A DNA stretch of 63,476 nt, the filler included, from an uncultured bacterium (GTDB taxonomy: Bacteria > Latescibacterota > UBA2968): the NCBI GenBank assembly GCA_964471275.1. It is 5 parts of 5 records of this genome, joined end to end, with 100 filler letters (N's around TTAATTAATTAA, not from the genome) between each part and the next. Parts side by side here need not be neighbours in the genome. Positions count along the whole stretch, not along the records: positions 26,258 to 39,249 come from CAYYGZ010000135.1; positions 39,350 to 52,268 come from CAYYGZ010000137.1; 3 more parts are not named here. One strand, 5' to 3'. The position numbers were made by a program, and so were the translations under genes. Positions 31,092-41,794 of the stretch are shown one piece after another; the first letter of the stretch is position 1, and each line of letters opens with the position of its first letter. A model generated the notes under the pieces. That model did not search any database, was not told where the DNA came from, and saw only the letters and a list, made by a program, of their open reading frames with translations.

Positions 31092-31853
31092 CTAGACCCG
31101 CTCTCGGATGCCAGACCACTCGTGCCAGATGTCGGTGAATGCCTTGCTCCCGAATTCCTCACAGGCCACGTGTCGCAGGCGGAAGATCGCCGCATAGCGG
31201 ACGTGAGGAGAGACGTTGGGCCCTGCACCGTGCACAAGTTGGTGGTGAGCGATCACGGCATCGCCTGCTCTTCCCGTAATCTGCACCGGCGTCTCCGGCA
31301 ACTCAGGGCGTGGCATCCCGTTCTCCAACACCTCGACACCATTCGTTCTAAAATAGTCTTCGAAGAATGTATGTGATTTAGGCCAGACTGTGAAGTTCCC
31401 GCAGTTCGATCCGTCTAGGTCGTTCAGCAAGATGACAGCTAGTGCTGTGAATCCGCGACGATAGGTTCCCTTTGCACTGCCGTTTAAACCGCTGCCCAAT
31501 CCGTCGAGATGACCGCCCGGTGGTGGTGGGTCGACGCCTGGCGGGCGCGGGAATCGCAATGCGATTTGACCAGCTGTCGGTTTCTGTACATTGCCGACAC
31601 CGATCAGCTGTTCAGCCACCGAATATACCGGCGAGTTGTTCAGCAGGTTGGTCACGGCTGTGTCATCGCGCATTTCCTTGCAGTAGGACTGTGCTCGGAG
31701 TGTCGGAAGATCTTTCTTGTTCATCCCCTCTTCTCCGAGCGAATGATTGATGGCGTGGAGAGCACCGTTGACCTGCAATCGCGAGACGGCACCCGGGATC
31801 ACCAGGTAACCTTCTTCTTTGAAAGCTGCTTTCTGGGAGGGTGTAAGTATCAT
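31092..31853 (-). CDS. PhyH-family Fe(II)/2OG dioxygenase
   Basis: F.EEGYLVI, HLD, GNFTVWPKSH and GD...H...R motifs. Confidence 0.85.
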   Translation of the reverse strand: MILTPSQKAAFKEEGYLVIPGAVSRLQVNGALHAINHSLGEEGMNKKDLPTLRAQSYCKEMRDDTAVTNLLNNSPVYSVAEQLIGVGNVQKPTAGQIALRFPRPPGVDPPPPGGHLDGLGSGLNGSAKGTYRRGFTALAVILLNDLDGSNCGNFTVWPKSHTFFEDYFRTNGVEVLENGMPRPELPETPVQITGRAGDAVIAHHQLVHGAGPNVSPHVRYAAIFRLRHVACEEFGSKAFTDIWHEWSGIRERV

Positions 31854-32069
31854 TGCTTCTCCAGTGGTGGATAGTCGATTCTGTTGAGTTGCCCAGGGGG
31901 CGCGGAGCGCGATGGCTAGTCAGGTCCGTGTGGCATCTCGGACTGAGTGGGGCCCCTCCGTCTTGGTAGCACTAAAGCATTGCCACTGAGGCGGGCGTGG
32001 TCAAGACCTTTTGATTGATCAGCAGGATTTGAACCTCTATTTTGTATCTTCACCTCAGGAGCGGAGAGA

Positions 32070-32801
32070 ATGGGTCTGAGTACGCATGAAATAGCCGTAT
32101 TTGGTGCGAATGGCTATGTCGTCAAACGTGAAATGTTTGAGCATGATGCAATCGAACGAATCACGGAAGAGATCGACGACCTTCACGATCGAATGGCAGA
32201 ATCACCGACAGAAGGTGTCGGAATCAGTTGGGAGGAATTCGGAGATGTGAATATGCCGAAGCTGATTCGCCAGCTGATGCACAGTGAATTGGTGAGCCGG
32301 ACCCTTAACAAGATGCTCAGAAGTGATACCCTATTGGATATCGTCGAGGTACTGATCGGGCCGAACATATCGCTCTACCACAGCAAGCTGCTTATGAAGG
32401 CGGCAAACGACGGTTCATCGATCCCCTGGCACCAGGACTATGCCTATTGGGAGCAGGAGGGTAACGAGCCGTTGATGCTAAACTGTATGGTTGCGATCGA
32501 CAGGGCAGATCTGGGGAATGGATGTACACAATTTGTGGCAGGGAGCCACAAGTGGGGGCTGCAGGAGCACGAGCGGGAGAAGACCAGCTTTGGTGTCTTT
32601 CTACCCGGATACTACCAGGCGCGTGATGATGCAACTCCCGAGGTGTTGGAGCCGGGCGACGCGATCTTCTTCAGCGCGCTGATCATACACGGATCGGCAC
32701 CGAACCCATCAGGACGGTCACGACGGATCAACACTTTTGCGTTCAACGTCACTGGCAACGGGGAAGGGCAGTGTCGTGAACTGCTTCGTGGCACGGACTG
32801 A
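32070..32801 (+). CDS. PhyH-family Fe(II)/2OG dioxygenase
   Basis: WHQD, NG...GSH and PGD...HGS.PN.S..R motifs. Confidence 0.9.
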   Translation: MGLSTHEIAVFGANGYVVKREMFEHDAIERITEEIDDLHDRMAESPTEGVGISWEEFGDVNMPKLIRQLMHSELVSRTLNKMLRSDTLLDIVEVLIGPNISLYHSKLLMKAANDGSSIPWHQDYAYWEQEGNEPLMLNCMVAIDRADLGNGCTQFVAGSHKWGLQEHEREKTSFGVFLPGYYQARDDATPEVLEPGDAIFFSALIIHGSAPNPSGRSRRINTFAFNVTGNGEGQCRELLRGTD

Positions 32802-32823
32802 GGATACAGGGGGGAGAAGCAAG

Positions 32824-34116
32824 ATGGATGGACAACCGAATATCCTGCTTATCAGTACGGATCAGCAGTTTTCCGGTGCGATGAGCTGTGCCGGTAATGG
32901 TGATTTGAATACACCTGGAATGGACCGGATCGCGGGATCAGGAACACGATTCGAACGGGCCTACTGCACACACCCGTTGTGTTGCCCAGCTCGATCCAGC
33001 TATGTAAGCGGACTGATGCCCCATCAAACCGGGGTGATGGCCAACAGGTCGGCCATACACGAGGAACTCCTTTCGCAGACGATTGGGAATCTCCTCCGGG
33101 ATGCTGGTTACGACGCGGCACTCGCAGGTAAGTGGCACGTGCCGGGGTGTAAGCCGCAGGACTGCGGTCTGGATGAGCTGTGTCCGACCAACGACGCGCT
33201 CGTTCCGCAGGTTTCGGCCGACTATTTCAAGGAAGAGCGGACGAAGCCATTCTTTCTGTTCGCATCCTTTATCAACCCGCACGATATCTGCCAGGTGGCG
33301 CGCAACCAGGATCTTCCGCAGGGACCTGTGTCGCGTGTTTCTCTCGAAGACTGCCCTGCGCTTCCAGATAACTTCGCGATTCCACCATACGCGCCGGATG
33401 TGCTTCAGATTCTGCGCCAGAATAGTCCGCGTCACTACCCGACGCTCGATTGGACGGATGATCAGTGGCGTCATTTTAGGCACGCCTACTTCCGGCTTGT
33501 CGAGAAGGTCGATGCCGAGATTGTCCGTCTACTCTATGGGCTTGATGCATCGGGCAAGGCGGACAATACGGTTGTCATCTTTACGAGCGACCACGGTGAC
33601 GGACACGGAACGCACCACTGGAATCAGAAGACCGCGCTCTGGGAAGAGGAAATCCGGATTCCGATGATCGTGTCGGCTCCCGGTCAGAACGGCGGGCAGG
33701 TGGATACACGGTTAGTGTCGAATGGTCTGGATATTCTGCCCACGGTGTGCGACTACGCCGGAGCCGCCTGTCCGGACGGTCTGGACGGGCTGAGTCTGCG
33801 ACCCATCGTCGAGGGACGGGAGCCGGGAGAGTGGCGGGATGAGGTTGTCGTGGAAACGCAGATCAACTTTGTGGACGGGCCCGGCGGCGCACCCTTTGCA
33901 CGGGTTCTCGTCACCGATGACTATAAGTATTCTGTCTATCAGATGGGACGCTACCGAGAGCAGCTTGTCGATCTGCACACGGATCAGGGGGAGATGGTCA
34001 ATCTTGCGACGGCATCGAGGCACCGCGAGAGGTTGGAGCAATGTCGCGCACGATTGAGGGCTTGGGGAGATCGGACCGGAGATCCGGGCGTGAGGATTGT
34101 CCCGATACAGGGATAG
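32824..34116 (+). CDS. Sulfatase (S1, Cys-type)
   Basis: PNILLI.TDQ, CCPAR (CxPxR), GKWH, NPHD and SDHG motifs. Confidence 0.92.
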   Translation: MDGQPNILLISTDQQFSGAMSCAGNGDLNTPGMDRIAGSGTRFERAYCTHPLCCPARSSYVSGLMPHQTGVMANRSAIHEELLSQTIGNLLRDAGYDAALAGKWHVPGCKPQDCGLDELCPTNDALVPQVSADYFKEERTKPFFLFASFINPHDICQVARNQDLPQGPVSRVSLEDCPALPDNFAIPPYAPDVLQILRQNSPRHYPTLDWTDDQWRHFRHAYFRLVEKVDAEIVRLLYGLDASGKADNTVVIFTSDHGDGHGTHHWNQKTALWEEEIRIPMIVSAPGQNGGQVDTRLVSNGLDILPTVCDYAGAACPDGLDGLSLRPIVEGREPGEWRDEVVVETQINFVDGPGGAPFARVLVTDDYKYSVYQMGRYREQLVDLHTDQGEMVNLATASRHRERLEQCRARLRAWGDRTGDPGVRIVPIQG

Positions 34117-34213
34117 GTGTTGAGCCCACGTCTAGCTCAGCTGAAGGCTCTCCCACACCCTGGGACCGGCGCTTCCATTAGCCTTCCGTGTCAGATTCCG
34201 CAGGTCACTCGGG

Positions 34214-34885
34214 CTAGTTGGTCGTGTGTCGTCGTGAGATCCTGATGCTGCCAGAGAGTTCAAAATCGGGCGGTAAGCGCAGAATATCGGTCGTGACGGT
34301 CTGGAAGAATTCAAAGGCCTTCGCGGCATTGGTAAAGTCGACCAGGATCTCGTCATTGAGAACGACACACTCCGAGACGCGATCGATCGCCTTTCCCAAC
34401 TTGCGATCAATAGGGGAAAATCGGCCGGACACGCTGCCTGTGCTCGCCAGATCCAGGTCAAGCCTGTGGATCTCGCCGAATCGCAGGCTGATGCTCACGA
34501 GGGCCTGGGGAAATGGCACCAGGGCTGTCTGGAGTAGGGAAGTGCGCTCGATGAGGGCAGAGAGAAGGCGATTCCGGCTCTCCGGCGTGACGCCACTCCT
34601 TGGGAGATCCGCATGAACCAGCTCAGCGATTCGGGCAACCTGCCGGTGACGGTTGAGCATCCAGCCTGCCCCACCCAAACAGAGAAGCCCTGCGAGGATC
34701 GGCATCCATCCGCCTAGACCGAAAGTGTGTGTGAGCGGCGCGGGCTGTAGGGTGTTCGGGGATCTGGGAATCGGCGCGAAGAACAGAACGGCGAACCCGT
34801 TCAGGAGCAGAATGATGCCGGTGATCAGGAAGACGTATAGGAATGCGCGACGGGGCGGGGAGATTTCAAGGGCAGATTCATTCAC
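34214..34885 (-). CDS. Hypothetical membrane protein (2 TM)
   Basis: Two hydrophobic helices; GTGA overlap with the nfo stop. Confidence 0.6.
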   Translation of the reverse strand: MNESALEISPPRRAFLYVFLITGIILLLNGFAVLFFAPIPRSPNTLQPAPLTHTFGLGGWMPILAGLLCLGGAGWMLNRHRQVARIAELVHADLPRSGVTPESRNRLLSALIERTSLLQTALVPFPQALVSISLRFGEIHRLDLDLASTGSVSGRFSPIDRKLGKAIDRVSECVVLNDEILVDFTNAAKAFEFFQTVTTDILRLPPDFELSGSIRISRRHTTN

Positions 34886-35739
34886 TTTCGAGCCTGCTTG
34901 ACGAGCGATCGGAGCCGCTCGAGGTTCTCGATATCTTCTGTGAGATCGGTCTCCTTGGGGGTCTCGAGGATGAACGGGATCTTTCTGAATCGCCTGTCAT
35001 TCACGAAATTCGCGAATGCTTCGATGCCTATGTGTCCCTCCCCGATGTGCTCGTGTCGATCTTTCTTCGACCCGAGCTCCGTCTTGCTGTCGTTGGCGTG
35101 TACGATCTTCAGCTTGTCCAATCCGATGACGCTGTCGAAATGCTTGATTGTCTTCCTGTAGTCTTTCGGGTCTGTGATCGGGTAGCCTGCAGCAAAGATA
35201 TGGCAGGTATCCAGACAGACACCGACGTGATCCCTGTCTTCGATGCGATCCATCGTGTAGGCCAGCTGTTCGAAGGTGTAGCCGAGGTTACTTCCCTGAC
35301 CCGCTGTAGTTTCCAGACAGAGGGTGACCGTGTTGTCCGAAATACTCGCAAGAACCTTGTTCATGTTTTCGGCGATGCGATCCATCCCGGGCTCCTCACC
35401 TGATCCTACGTGCGAACCGGGATGGAACACCAGATTGGGGATACCCAGTAGATTGCATCGCTTGGTCTCTTCCTGGAGCGAGTTGCGCGATTTCACAAGC
35501 AGCTCGTCTTTTGGCGAACCGATGTTGATGAGATAACTCGAATGCGAACACGCGACGGATACGCCCGTCTCCTCGATTGCCGCGAAGTATTTGTCGATCT
35601 CTTCTGCAGTGAGCTTCTTTGCCCGCCACTGGCTGTTCGACTTGTTGAATATCTGAACCGTATCGCACGTTGCCGTCTGGCCTCGCGTGATGGCGTTGAA
35701 CACGCCACCTGATATCGATTCGTGTGCCCCGAATATCAT
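34882..35739 (-). CDS. nfo: Endonuclease IV
   Basis: GAHESI.GG, H..YLIN, HPGS, E.TAGQG, DTCH, H.NDS and DRHEHIG motifs. Confidence 0.96.
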   Translation of the reverse strand: MIFGAHESISGGVFNAITRGQTATCDTVQIFNKSNSQWRAKKLTAEEIDKYFAAIEETGVSVACSHSSYLINIGSPKDELLVKSRNSLQEETKRCNLLGIPNLVFHPGSHVGSGEEPGMDRIAENMNKVLASISDNTVTLCLETTAGQGSNLGYTFEQLAYTMDRIEDRDHVGVCLDTCHIFAAGYPITDPKDYRKTIKHFDSVIGLDKLKIVHANDSKTELGSKKDRHEHIGEGHIGIEAFANFVNDRRFRKIPFILETPKETDLTEDIENLERLRSLVKQARK

Positions 35740-35764
35740 TGTTGCTCCCGTCTGGTCGCCCGGG

Positions 35765-36643
35765 TCATTCGAGCCCGAACTCTTTCCTCAAGTGTGCATC
35801 GGCGTTCCCGTGCAGGCGCCAATAGTCCGATTTGATACGCTTGTCTAGCGTGGCTGTCGTGGTCAGTTCGACTGCGTTCTCACCGGATCCGGATGTCTGC
35901 GTCTCTGTCCACGCATCGATCTGATGGGGGAACGATTTCCGGTAGGTGATCGTGAGCGTGCGTGACAGATCGGTATACGTCACCCGGCAGACATGTGATT
36001 CCACATCAGTAGGATGTGGTTCCATAGTGATAATCGCCCTATGTACGCCCCAGGCCGTGTGTCTGAATCGCTGGTAAATCGTGCCGGGGATGAGATCGAC
36101 ATCACCGGTCGGCAAACCTTCCGGATTGAGCCGAATCCGGTTCCACAGTTCGTCTTCTAGCATGGTGTCTGCCCAGAAGCGCTCCCGGTCTCCCTCTCGC
36201 TCGAAGTATGAGAGGAGTTTCGCTCGGTATCCGCCATTCTCGAGATTGAGCTGGGTGTAGGTGTGGCCGCACCATTCCTGTGAAGACGTCGTTACTTTTA
36301 GCGTCTTGGGGTGCCTGTCTGCGTAGACGGGAGTGAACACGGAAGACATCATCGAATAAGGATAGATCCCGGTGCTGAACTTCCTGGTGGCGTTCATCTT
36401 CAACACTTTGACCGCATTGTCAGGCGATCGCTCCGGCCGATCGAGTTTGACGTGCTTGCTCGCAGAGAAGTCTTCTGTCACGAAAATGAGGACAGCCTGT
36501 CCCTGATGGATCTCGCCATACCGCGCTTGGGAAAGCTCGTAGCTCGTGATCTCGGCCTTGCCTTGATACCAGTAATCGCCAAACGAATCCGCGGATGCGA
36601 AGGTTGGCGTCAGGAGCAGGGCTACGTAGAGTAGAAGGGGCAA
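35765..36643 (-). CDS. Secreted conserved hypothetical protein
   Basis: Signal peptide; YWYQGKAE, FVTEDF, TGIYPYS and QEWCG motifs. Confidence 0.7.
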   Translation of the reverse strand: MPLLLYVALLLTPTFASADSFGDYWYQGKAEITSYELSQARYGEIHQGQAVLIFVTEDFSASKHVKLDRPERSPDNAVKVLKMNATRKFSTGIYPYSMMSSVFTPVYADRHPKTLKVTTSSQEWCGHTYTQLNLENGGYRAKLLSYFEREGDRERFWADTMLEDELWNRIRLNPEGLPTGDVDLIPGTIYQRFRHTAWGVHRAIITMEPHPTDVESHVCRVTYTDLSRTLTITYRKSFPHQIDAWTETQTSGSGENAVELTTTATLDKRIKSDYWRLHGNADAHLRKEFGLE

Positions 36644-36740
36644 ATTATGGGTCCAGGAATAGAGTCAGTATTTGGTGCCTGGAAGGGCAATGTGTGGGAC
36701 AGAGGCTGTTCCGTGCCCCGTGCCCCACACGCTAAGCGCG

Positions 36741-37403
36741 TCATCTCTTCACCGCCATAGACACGCCGTCTCCGAGGGGAATCAGCGAGAACTCGATGCG
36801 CTCGTCGGCCTGCATCCGGAGCGTGAGTTTCCGCATGGCGACCGTGGTGGTGGTGGTGTTTTCCGGATCGGCAACTCGGCCAGCCCACAGGACGTTGTCG
36901 ATCAAGATCAGCCCGCCCACACGCAGCAACTCCAGGCATCGTTCGTAATAATCGCTGTAGCCGTTCTTGTCGGCATCGATGAAGGCGATGTCGTATGAAC
37001 CGGCTTCGCCGGCCGCAATCATGGCGTCGAGGGATTCAATCGCTGGACCGATCCGGAGGTCTATCTTGTGACTGAGGTCGCTCTTCTCCCAGTGTTTGCG
37101 CCCAATCGATGGCATCTTGTCGTCGATGTCGCAGGCGACGAGTTTACCGTCTTCGGGGAGCGAAGACGCGACGATCATCGCGCTGTAGCCTGTGAAGGTA
37201 CCGATTTCAATCGCTCTCCTCGCACCCATTAGCCTGACCAGGAGTCCCATAAACTGGCCCTGGTCTGGCGAGATCTGCATGCCCGGGTTGGGAAGATCGC
37301 CTGTCTCGTCCCGAAGCGCTCTTAACTCCGGTCGGTCTCTCAGTGTATCGGACAGGATGTAGTCATACACGTTCTCAGGGATGAATCCGTTCGTTCTGCT
37401 CAT
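36741..37403 (-). CDS. Class I SAM O-methyltransferase (caffeoyl-CoA OMT-like)
   Basis: EIGTFTGYS, FIDADK and DNVLW motifs. Confidence 0.92.
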   Translation of the reverse strand: MSRTNGFIPENVYDYILSDTLRDRPELRALRDETGDLPNPGMQISPDQGQFMGLLVRLMGARRAIEIGTFTGYSAMIVASSLPEDGKLVACDIDDKMPSIGRKHWEKSDLSHKIDLRIGPAIESLDAMIAAGEAGSYDIAFIDADKNGYSDYYERCLELLRVGGLILIDNVLWAGRVADPENTTTTTVAMRKLTLRMQADERIEFSLIPLGDGVSMAVKR

Positions 37404-37437
37404 CAGTTCCTCTCGTTTACTCCTATTGTGTCTGTTG

Positions 37438-38010
37438 TCAGGACATTCCGCTAGGTGGGTAGGGACGTTGAGAGAAGTCGAAGACATTCTTATCCACCAG
37501 GTCAAGTTTGGAATCAGGCATTGTATGTGGGGGTGGTGAGTGCCCGGCACCCTCCAGCACTGCCGCCCCTCGTTGCTGTCGTGCCTGGCTCTCGAGAATG
37601 TCCTCCGCCGACCACCGACTGTCGATGCGGGCCTTGAGCTGGTTGACGATCACCAAGCATTCCGGCTTGCCCGCAAGGTCGTTCCGCTCTTCCGGGTCGG
37701 ATGCGATGTTAAAGAGTTGACACGAATCAAATTCCGAGTAGTAGTTGAGCTTCCACTGGTCGACACGGACCATACAGGAAGGTTGATCTCCCAACAAACT
37801 CGAATACTCGCAGAAGACTTGATTCGGCCATTCGGGAATCGTTACGCCCTGCAGCAGACGGCAGAAACTGTTGCCGGTCATGACGCAATCATTGGGACAC
37901 CGGCTGACCCTTCGTAGAAGCTGCTCTTCCACCATAGCCCGTGCTCACCATACATGTCGCCGTGGTCGGACGTATACAGGACTGCCGTGTCCTCGCCTCC
38001 CGAACGACTT
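37438..38010 (-). pseudogene. Choline-sulfatase-like C-terminal remnant
   Basis: YTSDHGDMYGEHGLWWKSSFYEGSAGVPMIAS* then, in another frame, QLFNIASDPEE. Confidence 0.75.
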
Positions 38011-38191
38011 GACCGAAAGAAGATTCCGTGACTCTTTGACGCGCGTGGTGGGTGACAGAGCACCTGAAAGCCCGTTGACCACCAAGAACACCAAGGTTTG
38101 CGCAGAGCGCAAGCAGAGGTGACCCGGGACGGACGATCGAAACAGATCGGGATATTGTTTGACAGGATTCATGAATCAACGAGGAGGGGAC

Positions 38192-38581
38192 GTGCCGAGA
38201 AAGGAAGTCATCCAGACAGACAGAGCGGCTGCGCCGGTTGGCCCGTACTCCCAGGCAATCCGGTATGGAGATTTCGTCTACGTGGCAGGAGAGAAAGGAA
38301 TCAGTCCGGAAACAGGTAAGATCGTCGACGGAGGGATCGCTGCGGAGACGCGGCAGACACTCGACAATGTGAAGGCGATTCTCGAGGAGGCCGGTTTGGT
38401 GATGAACGACGCGGTGCGTTCAGTCGTCTATATGACCGACCTTTCAGACTTCGCGATGATGAATGAGATCTACGCCGAGTATTTCACGGTCGATCCGCCG
38501 GGACGCACGACCGTGGAGGTAACGTCACTTCCTGCGGGGGCCCACGTGGAGATCGAAATTACAGCGGCCAGGCAAAGCTGA
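38192..38581 (+). CDS. RidA/YjgF family deaminase
   Basis: GPYSQA, N..Y..YF...PPGRT and LP.G..VEIE motifs. Confidence 0.9.
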   Translation: MPRKEVIQTDRAAAPVGPYSQAIRYGDFVYVAGEKGISPETGKIVDGGIAAETRQTLDNVKAILEEAGLVMNDAVRSVVYMTDLSDFAMMNEIYAEYFTVDPPGRTTVEVTSLPAGAHVEIEITAARQS

Positions 38582-38663
38582 GGATCGCGAGAGAAACAGT
38601 GGATGGCGGAGACAACATAACAGAAGGTAATTTTCTACAAAGACTCAATCAGGGAGAGCAGCT

Positions 38664-38987
38664 TTGGCCTTCTACGAACTGAGACAGTATCGCATCAAAG
38701 ACGGCAGGATGGATGACTGGGTCGCGTTCATGGAAAAGGAGATCATCCCCTACCAGGTATCCAAAGGAATGGTCGTGGTTGCGAGCTTTGTCGCGGAAGA
38801 GGAAGACGATCTCTACATCTGGATCCGCCGGTTCGAGAGCGAAGAGGAACGAGAGAGGCTCTACGAAGCAGTGTATCAAGATCCTGTATGGACAGAAGGA
38901 ATGAGTGACCGTGTGGGTGAGATCGTGGATCGTGAGCGGATTGTGGTGACGCGGGTTCAGCCAACGAGTCTGTCGGTTCTGCAGTAG
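38664..38987 (+). CDS. NIPSNAP family protein
   Basis: FYELRQY and YIWIRRFES..ER motifs; GGAG RBS. Confidence 0.85.
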   Translation: MAFYELRQYRIKDGRMDDWVAFMEKEIIPYQVSKGMVVVASFVAEEEDDLYIWIRRFESEEERERLYEAVYQDPVWTEGMSDRVGEIVDRERIVVTRVQPTSLSVLQ

Positions 38988-39069
38988 GGAAGCAGCGAGA
39001 GGCGAATACAGAGAACGAACGGCCTCAAGATAGTAGAAATACGAGGCTTTACCGGATCGTGAGGGCGCT

Positions 39070-39249
39070 GTGGAAATCTTGAGTAGCATACTTATTTCAT
39101 CCGTCTGGTCGGGACACCCCGTTCGTTTTGACCTCCTGACGCACAAAGGTCATCAGTTTGTCGCTTTCTATGACGCCGATCGAAAAATGACAGTGGGTCA
39201 AAGGAAGCTGGGAGGCGACACGTTCGAACTGGTTCGCCTGGAGGGGATG
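39070..39249 (+). CDS. BNR_4-like protein N-terminus, truncated
   Basis: VWSGHPV.F.LLT...QFVAFYD..R.MTV..R. Confidence 0.55.
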
Positions 39250-39349
39250 NNNNNNNNNNNNNNNNNNNNNNNNNNNNNNNNNNNNNNNNNNNNTTAATTA
39301 ATTAANNNNNNNNNNNNNNNNNNNNNNNNNNNNNNNNNNNNNNNNNNNN
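39250..39349. other. Artificial contig linker
   Basis: N-TTAATTAATTAA-N. Confidence 0.99.
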
Positions 39350-39350
39350 G

Positions 39351-40283
39351 ATTGGAGTGGATAGCGCACTTGTCGCCCCGCCGTGCGATCCCGAAGTGGG
39401 CTACTACGAGTATCCTGTGTTGATGGACCTGAAGGCCCAGGTCGAAGCGGCTGGTCTGAAGGTCGATGGGACGAGCCTGATTCCCTGGCGCCTTTGTTAC
39501 AAGTGGATGCTGGGTCTTCCGGGACGGGACGAGCAGATCGACAAGTTTATGATGACACTACGTAACTTGGGCGCAGCGGGGTATCCGCTGGTCATCTACA
39601 ACATGCACGCGATTCGATTTTACAGGACAAACCGTGCACTGCCCGACCGCGGGGGGGCTGGCGGATCAAGCTTCGAGATGAATCGCGTCAGGAACGCACC
39701 TCTATTCTCGAGCCCGGGGATCGATGCCAGACTGATTCCCGAAGCCCATCGCAAACCGATCTCTGATGAACAGATGTGGTCAAATCTGGAGTACTTCCTG
39801 ACGGCCGTCGTTCCTGTCGCAGAGGAGACCGGGGTACAGCTCGCACTCCATCCAGACGATCCACCGGTTCCTGAGATATCGGGTGTGGCGCGCATCATGA
39901 GAGTGCCGGAAGCGTTCCAGAGGGCGATCGATCTGGTGCCCAGTGACTACAACGGGCTGAAATTCTGTGTGGGGTGCTTCTCGGAGATGGGAGCGGACGT
40001 CGCGAAGTGGATTCGGCATTTCGGTCAGCAGAAGAAGCTCTTCTTCATCGATTTCAGGAATGTGCGTGGCGACGTGAACTGTTTCAATGAGACCTTCCCG
40101 GATGACGGGAAGGAGAACATGTTCGTGAATTTTCAGGCGATCTATGAGTCGGGATATCAGGGCGGCGTGCATCCGGACCACGTGATGAAGATGGACGGTG
40201 ATACAGACGCGCGGCAGTACTGGTCTTTCGCGATCGGGCATATGAGAGGGTATCTGGAATCACTGAATACACAGACTAACTGA
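39351..40283 (+). CDS. Mannonate dehydratase-like (UxuA family), 5'-truncated
   Basis: MWSNLEYFL..V.PVAEE.GV.LALHPDDPP, FRNV and PDH motifs. Confidence 0.85.
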   Translation: MGVDSALVAPPCDPEVGYYEYPVLMDLKAQVEAAGLKVDGTSLIPWRLCYKWMLGLPGRDEQIDKFMMTLRNLGAAGYPLVIYNMHAIRFYRTNRALPDRGGAGGSSFEMNRVRNAPLFSSPGIDARLIPEAHRKPISDEQMWSNLEYFLTAVVPVAEETGVQLALHPDDPPVPEISGVARIMRVPEAFQRAIDLVPSDYNGLKFCVGCFSEMGADVAKWIRHFGQQKKLFFIDFRNVRGDVNCFNETFPDDGKENMFVNFQAIYESGYQGGVHPDHVMKMDGDTDARQYWSFAIGHMRGYLESLNTQTN

Positions 40284-40389
40284 TACAGAGGCAGGGCCCG
40301 AAACGTATCGAATCCCCGTATTGGCGGATCACTGGCAACAGCCATGCTCGCAGTACTTCCACACAGACCAGCATCAAAGTGAGAGACCT

Positions 40390-41736
40390 ATGAAACCCCC
40401 GCACGTCCTGCTCTTCATCTGCGATCAGATGCAGTACCAGAAACAGGGCCGTGTTGACCCGGTGGCCTACACGCCAAACCTTGATCAGCTGGCGGATGAC
40501 GGGGTGTTCTTCTCCCACTACCATTGTGCCAATGGCCAGTGCGTGCCATCGCGTGCGTCTATGCAGACGGGTTTGTATCCGCACGAGGCCGAGGTGATGA
40601 TCATCTACGGCTTCCACGGACACACGGCACACATCACGGGTGATCAGAAGACGATGGGGCACGTCTTTCGGGATGCGGGATATACCACAGCCTATTTTGG
40701 GAAGACGCATTTTGGGACTCGATTGGATGAATTGGGCTACGATATTGGAGGGAGGGAAAAGAAGACACCCAGACCCCTTAGTGTCGGGGATAACGAAATC
40801 GTTCAGGCGGCGATCGATTTTCTGGAAGGATACGATGCGAGTGAACCGCTGTTCCTGACAGTGTCGATCAACATGCCGCATCCCCCGTTTGAAGTGGTGG
40901 AACGGTGGAAGGAGCGGTACTCGGCAGACACTCTAGAGCTGCCGAAGAGCTTCTATGAGGACGATCTGCTGGACAAGCCTCAATTCCTTCAGGATCACAT
41001 CCGTGATGGGCAGCACGGTGCTCTTGAGGAAGGAGAACTCCGTCAGGAAACACGGGAGTACTACACGATGATCTCGGAAGTCGATCGACTCTTCGGTGAG
41101 GTCCGTCGTGTGTTCGAGGGAAAGGGCATGTGGGNNNNNNNNNNGGTCGCTGCGTTCATAAGCGATCACGGAGATATGATGGGTGCCCACCGGATGCGGA
41201 AGAAGGGCACGATCCCGTATGATGAGATCTTCAGGATACCGTTCATTTTGCGATTGCCTCGAAACTCGCACGCAGGGAGCACTGCCGATGCACTAGCCGT
41301 GAACGTCAGCCTGCCCGGCACGCTGGTCGATGCAGCAGGACTGGAGGTGCCCGGTGAGTTCAAGGGAGGTACGATGATGCCGGTTGTGCGGGGAGAAGAA
41401 GCCGGTCCGGACCACATCTTCTTTGAGCACTACGGAGCCTACTGGGGTATCCATCCATTCCGTGCGATCCGAACACGAGAATGGAAGTATGTCCGCTACT
41501 ACGGTGCCGATAGCGATGAAGAGCTCTACCATTTGATGCGTGATCAGAGCGAAATCACCAACCTGGCAAACCAACCGGCCTACGGAGAAACGCGCGACCA
41601 TCTGCGACGCCTGGTGGATGCGTGGTGGGAGGAGACAAACGGCAAGGATCTGGCCTACTACGAATCCGAGGCGTTTAAGACGATCGGTGGTGATCTCGAA
41701 TCGCTCAAGGCTGTAGACACAAAGGCGAAATCGTGA
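40390..41736 (+). CDS. Sulfatase (S1, Cys-type)
   Basis: CVPSR, GKTH, PHPP and SDHG motifs; small internal N gap near 41135-41144. Confidence 0.9.
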   Translation: MKPPHVLLFICDQMQYQKQGRVDPVAYTPNLDQLADDGVFFSHYHCANGQCVPSRASMQTGLYPHEAEVMIIYGFHGHTAHITGDQKTMGHVFRDAGYTTAYFGKTHFGTRLDELGYDIGGREKKTPRPLSVGDNEIVQAAIDFLEGYDASEPLFLTVSINMPHPPFEVVERWKERYSADTLELPKSFYEDDLLDKPQFLQDHIRDGQHGALEEGELRQETREYYTMISEVDRLFGEVRRVFEGKGMWXXXXVAAFISDHGDMMGAHRMRKKGTIPYDEIFRIPFILRLPRNSHAGSTADALAVNVSLPGTLVDAAGLEVPGEFKGGTMMPVVRGEEAGPDHIFFEHYGAYWGIHPFRAIRTREWKYVRYYGADSDEELYHLMRDQSEITNLANQPAYGETRDHLRRLVDAWWEETNGKDLAYYESEAFKTIGGDLESLKAVDTKAKS

Positions 41737-41794
41737 TCGGCAGAACGGAAGCTTGAGACGGATTCGGTAAAGTCGGTTTCGGCTAAGGGCTCAT

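Noticed and set aside
37878..37880. In-frame TGA in the sulfatase fragment as selenocysteine
   Set aside because: The position most likely corresponds to Trp (S-W-P), and the gene is also frameshifted and truncated
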